Part shown: piece by piece, positions 16,693-24,000 of the stretch
How positions within the stretch are numbered: the first letter of the stretch is position 1
How the letters are laid out: the number at the start of each line of letters is the position of its first letter
Assembly: GCA_012842605.1 (NCBI GenBank)
Contig: DUSN01000070.1
Span: 66,668-90,667 of the forward strand
From: Clostridiales bacterium
Lineage (GTDB): Bacteria > Bacillota > Clostridia > Caldicoprobacterales > DTU083
DNA length: 24,000 nucleotides
Direction: 5' to 3'
The notes under the pieces: generated by a model
Databases searched by the model: none
What the model saw: only the letters and a program-made list of their open reading frames with translations
Told to the model about the DNA's origin: nothing
Made by a program: the position numbers and the translations under genes

Positions 16693-17229
16693 TCATTTGC
16701 TTTCATTAAGCGGCTCGCCAATAATGAATCTGAAATGCTTCAGGAATAATTTTATTACAATTACATAAATAGGTATCATAATGAGGCTGGCGATAATACG
16801 AGGCGGAACCAGAACTAAAAATGCTTTATCAAACATCATGCTGAGCCATAAGGTATTTAATATCATTGATATAATTATTGTTGTAATGCTTATGACTATT
16901 GTCAGGGAAAGCCAGGTCCAGCCTTTTTTAACAAGTTTGCCCATAAATCCGGGAAGAAAGCCGGCCAGGGCAGCTGACAGGGTAAAACCCGGGAAGTAAG
17001 GTCCTTGCGGGTTAATGGGGAACCCTAATAAATCAGCCAGTGCCCCGCAGATAGCACCGTACATTGGTCCGAGGATGATACTGCTGAGGAACAGGGGAAT
17101 TTCTCCAAAACTCAAACGGAGAGCCGGCAGTCCTGCAATTGGTACTATTTGGCCTAAAACCCGGGTTAACACAATATTCAGTGCAATAAATGATCCGGCA
17201 AATGCAATTCTTCTTGCTGTATTTGTCAT
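16693..17229 (-). CDS. folT: ECF-transporter substrate-specific (S) component, folate family
   Basis: A 178-aa, roughly 6-TM protein (IAFAGSFIALNIVLTRVL...LSFGEIPLFLSSIILGP..GAICGALADLLGF). It lies directly downstream of a THF riboswitch, the classic folT arrangement. Confidence 0.75.
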   Translation of the reverse strand: MTNTARRIAFAGSFIALNIVLTRVLGQIVPIAGLPALRLSFGEIPLFLSSIILGPMYGAICGALADLLGFPINPQGPYFPGFTLSAALAGFLPGFMGKLVKKGWTWLSLTIVISITTIIISMILNTLWLSMMFDKAFLVLVPPRIIASLIMIPIYVIVIKLFLKHFRFIIGEPLNESK

Positions 17230-17313
17230 AAAAAAAATACACCTCCTCTCTTTCGAATGTGTGCATTAGCCACATCCAAAGAGATTTGTGTACTTGTAAT
17301 TCTCCTGACTGTG

Positions 17314-17408
17314 GCAGCGGATGCGGAAGGGTACCGCGGACTATAAAAGCCCTTCGTTCAGGGGCAACCTCCCATCCCCTGACACTTTACGCACCATTCC
17401 TACTCTGC
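17314..17408 (-). promoter_or_regulatory. THF-I (tetrahydrofolate) riboswitch aptamer
   Basis: The minus-strand RNA reads GCAGAGUAGGAAUGGUGCGUAAAGUGUCAGGGGAUGGGAGGUUGCCCCUGAACGAAGGGCUUUUAUAGUCCGCGGUACCCUUCCGCAUCCGCUGC. It contains, in order, the conserved THF-I blocks as I recall them: AGAGUAG, GCGU.AAGUGU, AUGGGA in the P3 loop, AACGAAG, CGCGGU and GCAUCCGCU. P1 (GCAG/CUGC) and P3 (CAGGGG/CCCCUG) pair as expected. Confidence 0.85.
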
Positions 17409-17447
17409 ACTTTTTACTATGCACTTTTTGCAGGATTATTATAACAA

Positions 17448-17476
17448 AATTCCGAAATACAGACAATATTAAAATT
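17448..17476 (-). promoter_or_regulatory. Sigma-A-like promoter driving the THF riboswitch-folT transcript
   Basis: On the minus strand: TTGTCT (17476-17471), a 17-nt spacer, then TGtTATAAT (-10 at 17453-17448). It lies about 40 nt upstream of the aptamer. Confidence 0.5.
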
Positions 17477-17613
17477 ACTTTAGCGAATAAGGAGATGCAT
17501 AAATATGTTTTCTTTGTATTAAATTGGATTATTATATAATAATTAAAAAATTTATTGTATAATAATGTAGAAAACTGATATATTATGAATTTCATTCCAT
17601 ACGGGGGAAACAA

Positions 17614-18645
17614 ATGCTGACATATTTGGATTTGCTGAATAAAATCGGTTTAAAAAGATTGCATTATACGATTGTTTCATATGTACTTTCCATCATCGTA
17701 ACTATCGTAGTTTATACTACCGGCGGCACCACAATGGTTTATACAAATCTGATGTATCTGCCAATAACACTTATTTCAATAACAAGCAGCAGGTTACAGG
17801 CTGTAGTTCATTCACTAATCAGCGGGTTACTGCTGGGACCACTTATGCCTCTTGATGTTTCATCCGGTGTCATGCAGAAAGCAGAAAACTGGATAATAAG
17901 AATAGTCATATATTTTCTGGTTGCGTTTGTTATAGGGCTGTTTAAAGAGTATTACGAGAAGGAATTCAATCTTAATATGCAGATTCAGAAACGATTGGCT
18001 GAAGCCAATATGGCCACAGTTTATGCCATGGCCAAGTTAACTGAGTGCAGAGATGACGATACAGGCCTCCATATAGAGCGGGTAGCTGCTTTATGCAGGC
18101 TGCTTGCAGAAAAACTGCAGCAGCTTCCGGAATATAAGGACTATGTTACAGACAATTATATAGAAAACTTGTACAGGGCATGTCATCTTCATGATATTGG
18201 CAAGATTGGCATGCCTGATAATATTTTGCTGAAAACAGGCAGGCTCTCACCAGATGAGTACAATTTAATGAAAACACATACAATAATCGGTTCTGAAACG
18301 CTTAATGAAGTTCAAAAAAAATATCCAAACAATATGTTTCTGAAATTAGCAATAAAAATATCCAGGTCTCATCATGAAAAATGGGATGGCAGCGGTTATC
18401 CCGACGGATTAAAGGGAGAGGATATTCCATTGTCCGCCAGGATTATGGCTGTCATAGATGTCTATGATGCGCTGCGCTCCAAACGAGTATATAAGCCTGC
18501 TTATTCCCATGAAAGCAGTCTTGAAACTATTAAGCAGGGCAGCGAAACACATTTTGACCCGCTCTTGGTAAGAATCTTTCTTGAAAACGAAAGTGAATTC
18601 AAAGAAATCTATGATAATTTCTCCAAATCTCATTTAACAAATTAA
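17614..18645 (+). CDS. HD-GYP-domain cyclic-di-nucleotide phosphodiesterase with an N-terminal 4-TM domain
   Basis: HD (CHLHDIGKIGMP) and HHEKWDGSGYPDGL motifs. Four hydrophobic helices occupy the first ~115 residues. Confidence 0.85.
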   Translation: MLTYLDLLNKIGLKRLHYTIVSYVLSIIVTIVVYTTGGTTMVYTNLMYLPITLISITSSRLQAVVHSLISGLLLGPLMPLDVSSGVMQKAENWIIRIVIYFLVAFVIGLFKEYYEKEFNLNMQIQKRLAEANMATVYAMAKLTECRDDDTGLHIERVAALCRLLAEKLQQLPEYKDYVTDNYIENLYRACHLHDIGKIGMPDNILLKTGRLSPDEYNLMKTHTIIGSETLNEVQKKYPNNMFLKLAIKISRSHHEKWDGSGYPDGLKGEDIPLSARIMAVIDVYDALRSKRVYKPAYSHESSLETIKQGSETHFDPLLVRIFLENESEFKEIYDNFSKSHLTN

Positions 18646-18702
18646 GACAGGTAGGATTTTTGATTTTTTTAGAGAATACTTATATTATTGAGGTGATTTT
18701 GC

Positions 18703-19281
18703 TTGAGCCATTTTTTTGCCTATCTGTCCAGGATGAAATTTATACAGCGCTGGGGTTTGATGCGTAATGTCCGCCAGGAAAACATCCAGGAGCACAGCCT
18801 GCAAGCTGCAATGATAGCGCATAGCCTAGCTGTCATTAAAAATAAATTATTCGGCGGAATGGTTGATCCTGAAAGGGTACTGCTTCTTGCTGTTTATCAT
18901 GAAGCAAGCGAGGTTATAACAGGGGACTTGGCGACACCTATCAAATATTTCAATCCGGAAATCAGAAAAGCATACAAGGATATAGAAAAAGTCGCAAATG
19001 AAAGGCTTTTTTCCATGCTTCCCGAGGAATTGAAGCCGGACTATGAGAGCGTTTTTTTTCCTGTTCAGGAGGATGATGAACACTGGAAGCTTGTAAAAGC
19101 AGCTGATAAAATATGTGCATACTTAAAATGCATTGAAGAGCTGAAGGCAGGCAATGCTGAGTTCTCTAAAGCAGAGAAGGCTATACAAAGGGATTTGGCT
19201 GAATTGAGCCGGCCGGAGGTTAATTATTTCCTGGAACAATTCTTACACAGTTTTTACTTGACACTGGATGAACTGAATTGA
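18703..19281 (+). CDS. yfbR: HD-domain 5'-deoxynucleotidase, YfbR family
   Basis: Collinear with E. coli YfbR as I recall it: SHFFAYLSRMKFIQRWGLMRNVRQENIQEHSLQAAMIAHSLA...YHEASEVITGDLATPIKYFN...KAADKICAYLKCIEELKAGN.EF. TTG start with GAGGTGA upstream. Confidence 0.85.
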   Translation: MSHFFAYLSRMKFIQRWGLMRNVRQENIQEHSLQAAMIAHSLAVIKNKLFGGMVDPERVLLLAVYHEASEVITGDLATPIKYFNPEIRKAYKDIEKVANERLFSMLPEELKPDYESVFFPVQEDDEHWKLVKAADKICAYLKCIEELKAGNAEFSKAEKAIQRDLAELSRPEVNYFLEQFLHSFYLTLDELN

Positions 19282-19316
19282 TTCATATCTGAAAATAAAA
19301 CAAGAGGTGATGAGTA

Positions 19317-20795
19317 GTGAAGGAACTTAATATATTGGCGTTTGACCTGGGTGCAAGCAGCGGCAGGGGGCTCATTGGGCGCTTTAACGGGAACAGACTC
19401 GAGGTAGAGGAGCTGCACCGTTTTTCAAACGATCCGGTTACTGTTACAGGCCATACCTATTGGGATGTCTTAAGGCTTTACTGGGAGATTCAACAGGGAT
19501 TGCTGAAATTCGCTAACAGAAAAGAGGGAAGCATTGCTTCCATCGGCATTGATACCTGGGGAGTTGACTATGGCCTGCTGGATAAATCAGGTCAACTGAT
19601 GGGCAACCCCTACCATTATCGTGATATTCGTACTGAGGGAATGTTTGAGGAAGCATTTATGCGGGTTCCTAAAGAGGAAATTTTCAGACAGACCGGTATT
19701 GCTTTTCAGAAATTCAATACTCTATATCAGCTGTTATCCATGCAATTAGACAATCCGGAAATGCTGGAAAAGGCATCCACCATGCTGTTCATGCCCGACC
19801 TATTGACATATTTCCTTACCGGAGAAAAAAATACCGAGTTTACTGAGGCTACAACCAGTCAGATGCTGGATGCCGCCACCGGCCAATGGAACCGGGGTCT
19901 TTTATGTGCTTTGGGAATTCCTGATCACTTCCTGACTGAAATTGATTATCCTGGATCAGCCAGAGGCAGGGTAAAACAAGAAATAGCTTCTCTGCTTGGA
20001 ATCAATGAAGCTCCTATGTTTGCAGTAGCTACTCATGATACCGGATCTGCTGTAGCTGCCGTACCGGCTGTAGAAGGCAGTTATGTTTTCTTAAGCAGTG
20101 GTACATGGTCACTAATGGGTGTAGAAGTGGATAAGCCTGTAATAAATGAAAAGACTTTGATGTGGAATTATACCAATGAAGGATGTGTCGGCGGTACATA
20201 TCGTTTATTGAAGAATATTATGGGCTTATGGATTATCCAGGAATGCAAACGTGAATGGGATCGCAGGGGAGAAGTTTACTCCTTTGATGATATGGTGCGG
20301 ATGGCTGAAGCAAGCACTCCATTCCTGGCGTTTATTGATCCTGATGATGACTTGTTTTATAATGCCGGTGATATGCCGGCTAAGGTTCAGCAGTACTGCA
20401 AGCAGACCAATCAGGCAGTACCGCAGAGCAAGGGCGAGATTATACGCTGCATCTATGAAAGCCTTGCACTGAAATATCGCTGGTCGTTTGAGCGGCTGGA
20501 AGACATCTTGGAAAAATCATTGGATGTACTTCATATTGTTGGCGGAGGAACCAAAAATCAACTGTTGAATCAGTTTACAGCAAATGCCTTGAAAAAACCT
20601 GTTATCTGCGGCCCGACAGAAGCAACCGCAATAGGTAATATTATGGTTCAGGCAATGGCGTTGGGAGAAGTAAAGAATCAAAATGAAATACGCCAGATTG
20701 TCAAGAGTTCTTTCCCGACTGAGGATTATCTGCCCGAGAAGACTGATGCATGGGATGAAGCATATGCAAGATTCCTAAAAGTCTTAAAGGATTAA
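19317..20795 (+). CDS. rhaB: FGGY-family sugar kinase, rhamnulokinase-like
   Basis: RhaB-like blocks: FDLGASSGR, IGIDTWGVDYGLLD, YHYRDIRT, GIAFQKFNTLYQL, MPDLLTYFLTGE and HIVGGGTKNQLLNQ. GTG start with AGAGGTGA upstream. Confidence 0.75.
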   Translation: MKELNILAFDLGASSGRGLIGRFNGNRLEVEELHRFSNDPVTVTGHTYWDVLRLYWEIQQGLLKFANRKEGSIASIGIDTWGVDYGLLDKSGQLMGNPYHYRDIRTEGMFEEAFMRVPKEEIFRQTGIAFQKFNTLYQLLSMQLDNPEMLEKASTMLFMPDLLTYFLTGEKNTEFTEATTSQMLDAATGQWNRGLLCALGIPDHFLTEIDYPGSARGRVKQEIASLLGINEAPMFAVATHDTGSAVAAVPAVEGSYVFLSSGTWSLMGVEVDKPVINEKTLMWNYTNEGCVGGTYRLLKNIMGLWIIQECKREWDRRGEVYSFDDMVRMAEASTPFLAFIDPDDDLFYNAGDMPAKVQQYCKQTNQAVPQSKGEIIRCIYESLALKYRWSFERLEDILEKSLDVLHIVGGGTKNQLLNQFTANALKKPVICGPTEATAIGNIMVQAMALGEVKNQNEIRQIVKSSFPTEDYLPEKTDAWDEAYARFLKVLKD

Positions 20796-21013
20796 AACAC
20801 AGCAAATTTATCCCAACTCAACCAGTATGCCAATCGAATTAGCAGATATTTTCACTGCTAAATTTGATATTAGTGGACATAATATGAACACAAGGGTTCG
20901 AGATAACCATTGACATCAAACTAATTGATATAAAGGGTTATTGTGCGGTACCCTTCAAATTGACTTAGTTTTCAGCTCTGTTTTACCTTTGGTTTGTCTT
21001 GGGCCCTTTTTCA

Positions 21014-21051
21014 GAGAATCCCTCTCTCTGAGGGATTCTCCTTGTGTTTTT
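21014..21051 (+). terminator. Strong intrinsic terminator about 220 nt downstream of the rhaB-like stop
   Basis: GAGAATCCCTC (21014-21024) pairs perfectly with GAGGGATTCTC (21030-21040) across a 5-nt loop. CTTGTGTTTTT follows. Confidence 0.65.
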
Positions 21052-21069
21052 GGCAGGCTCATTTTGAGG

Positions 21070-21101
21070 TTGACAAATGCTCTGCTATGAGTTATTATAA
21101 T
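21070..21101 (+). promoter_or_regulatory. Sigma-A-like promoter for the tRNA pair
   Basis: TTGACA (21070-21075). The -10 is either TATTAT at 17-nt spacing (21093-21098) or TATAAT at 20-nt spacing (21096-21101). It lies about 20-25 nt upstream of tRNA-Val. Confidence 0.5.
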
Positions 21102-21123
21102 AAACGCCGAGGGGCACTACAGT

Positions 21124-21200
21124 GGGGAGTTAGCTCAGCAGGCTAGAGCGCCACGTTGACATCGTGGAGGTCGTTGGTTCGATCCCAATACTTCCCACCA
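21124..21200 (+). tRNA. tRNA-Val (anticodon GAC), CCA encoded
   Basis: A 77-nt cloverleaf: acceptor GGGGAGT/ACTTCCC, D arm GCTC-AGCAGGCTA-GAGC, anticodon arm CCACG-TTGACAT-CGTGG, T arm GTTGG-TTCGATC-CCAAT, then ACCA. Confidence 0.9.
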
Positions 21201-21207
21201 TTTATAT

Positions 21208-21283
<76 letters not shown>

Positions 21284-21290
21284 AATCAAG

Positions 21291-21330
21291 TACCGTTGCC
21301 GATACAGAATCGGTAACGGTATTATTTTTT
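21291..21330 (+). terminator. Intrinsic terminator of the tRNA operon
   Basis: A 13-bp stem (TACCGTTGCCGAT / ATCGGTAACGGTA, one G-U pair) with a 5-nt loop, followed by TTATTTTTT. Confidence 0.75.
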
Positions 21331-21409
21331 GTTGCTGCACCACCGTTGCGATACATGAAGCAGAATTGCCGGAAACCGGCCAGGACATTTACATTCTCAA
21401 ATTTTCTAA

Positions 21410-21439
21410 TTGACAATACCTATTGTTTAAGAATATAAT
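21410..21439 (+). promoter_or_regulatory. Candidate sigma-A-like promoter for pyrG
   Basis: TTGACA (21410-21415), an 18-nt spacer, then TATAAT (21434-21439). A weaker alternative is TTGAAC (21447-21452), 17 nt, TATATT (21470-21475). Confidence 0.45.
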
Positions 21440-21455
21440 TATATAGTTGAACAAA

Positions 21456-21505
21456 GGCGTTCATATGGGTATATTATACTCAGTATGGACGTCTTTTCTT
21501 TTTTT
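21456..21505 (+). promoter_or_regulatory. Terminator-like hairpin plus U-tract in the pyrG leader (candidate attenuator)
   Basis: The outer stem GGCGTTCATA (21456-21465) pairs with TATGGACGTC (21484-21493), with two G-U pairs. An inner mini-hairpin GGGTAT-ATT-ATACTC sits in the loop. TTTTCTTTTTTT (21494-21505) follows, and the GGAGG ribosome-binding site is at 21509-21513. Confidence 0.4.
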
Positions 21506-21517
21506 GTTGGAGGTTGA

Positions 21518-23158
<1,641 letters not shown>

Positions 23159-23276
23159 AGCGGTTAAACTGAAATACTAAAACTGTAACACAACCGGAAT
23201 ATAAAAACTGAAATACTGACAATGCGGGGATTAGCAGCAATTGGACAGTCATTATGAATGAATGGGAGGTCGAAAT

Positions 23277-24000
23277 ATGCTGATACCTAACATGAATTAT
23301 GCCAAATTAAAGGATTCCTATCTCTTTTACAATATAGCTCAGAAGATTAAGGCATATAGTTCTAAAAATCCAAATGCCAGGCTGTATCGTCTGGGAGTTG
23401 GGGATGTTACGCTGCCTTTATGCGAGGTAGTGATTAAAAGCCTGCATGAAGCGGTTGATGATCAGGCTGTAAAAGAGCGCTTTCATGGATACATGCCGGA
23501 ATGCGGGGCGCCATTCCTAAGACAGGCGATTGCCCGGCACTATGCACAGCGCGGTATATCGCTGTCCGAAGAGGAAGTGTTTGTCTCAAGCGGTGCAAGC
23601 GATGAGTTAGGAGATATAATTGATCTGTTTGACCGGGATACCAGTGTTCTCATCATGGAGCCTGCATATCCGGCTTATGTGGATGCAAATATTATGGCAG
23701 GACGAAAGATAATTCGCCTTGCCTCTGACAGCAGCAGCGGATTCCTGCCTGAACCGGATGATAATATAATTGCCGATGTAATTTATATCTGCTCACCCAA
23801 CAATCCTACCGGAGCAGTTTTTACCCGTGAAAAGCTGCAGAAATGGGTGGATTATGCGAACAATAACGGTTCCATCATTCTCTTTGATGCGGCATATGAG
23901 GCTTTTATAGAAGATAAGGAGCTGCCGCGCAGTATTTTTGAACTTGATGGTGCTGATACCTGCAGTATTGAGATTTGCTCCTTATCAAAAACAGCAGGAT
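23277..24000 (+). CDS. dapL: LL-diaminopimelate aminotransferase (DapL-type class I aminotransferase), N-terminal part (3' end lies outside the window)
   Basis: GGGAGG lies 6 nt before ATG 23277. NYAKLKDSYLFYNIAQKI...YRLGVGDVTLPL...YMPECGAPFLRQAIA...ICSPNNPTG...EICSLSKTAG matches the DapL pattern, including the SxSK pyridoxal-lysine context. The ORF runs off the window end, so the ORF track did not list it. Confidence 0.8.
   Translation, partial: MLIPNMNYAKLKDSYLFYNIAQKIKAYSSKNPNARLYRLGVGDVTLPLCEVVIKSLHEAVDDQAVKERFHGYMPECGAPFLRQAIARHYAQRGISLSEEEVFVSSGASDELGDIIDLFDRDTSVLIMEPAYPAYVDANIMAGRKIIRLASDSSSGFLPEPDDNIIADVIYICSPNNPTGAVFTREKLQKWVDYANNNGSIILFDAAYEAFIEDKELPRSIFELDGADTCSIEICSLSKTAG

Noticed and set aside
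17259-17613. ORFs 17259-17444 (+), 17321-17539 (+), 17341-17613 (-), 17015-17269 (+) and 17033-17275 (-)
   Set aside because: They overlap the THF riboswitch, its promoter or the folT 5' end. The RNA element and promoter fully explain this sequence.
20827-20913. A 28-codon ORF (MPIELADIFTAKFDISGHNMNTRVRDNH) downstream of the rhaB-like gene
   Set aside because: It has no Shine-Dalgarno sequence and no recognisable family, and it overlaps a hairpin. I cannot support it as a gene.

Overview
This looks like a core-chromosome window from a Firmicute, most likely a member of the Clostridia. The clues are Bacillus-like nadD-yqeK-rsfS...comEA synteny, GerMN lipoproteins, Pro/Thr-rich linkers, GGAGG-type ribosome-binding sites and frequent TTG/GTG starts. 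I can support 21 protein-coding genes, two of them cut by the window edges. I can also support two tRNA genes (Val-GAC and initiator Met-CAU), one THF-I riboswitch ahead of an ECF folate S-component gene, and several sigma-A-like promoters and intrinsic terminators. Most long ORFs on the opposite strand of these genes are antisense artefacts. Five ORF-track starts appear over-extended at the 5' end (rsfS, the PBP5-like carboxypeptidase, the second GerMN gene, the udk-like kinase and the CNNM gene). I saw no CRISPR array, transposase, integrase, phage gene, toxin-antitoxin pair, defence island or biosynthetic cluster, so the region is mainly housekeeping and cell-envelope genes. Four observations deserve follow-up. 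First, an OmpR-type response regulator and histidine kinase appear co-transcribed with two GerMN-repeat lipoproteins, an architecture that recalls actinobacterial MtrAB-LpqB. Second, a promoter plus strong terminator forms a leader I cannot assign to any riboswitch class, ahead of a CNNM-DUF368-CapA gene string. Third, a terminator-like hairpin lies in the pyrG leader. Fourth, an HD-GYP / YfbR / rhamnulokinase-like gene string makes little functional sense as a unit. All function calls come from motif recognition by eye; no database search was run.
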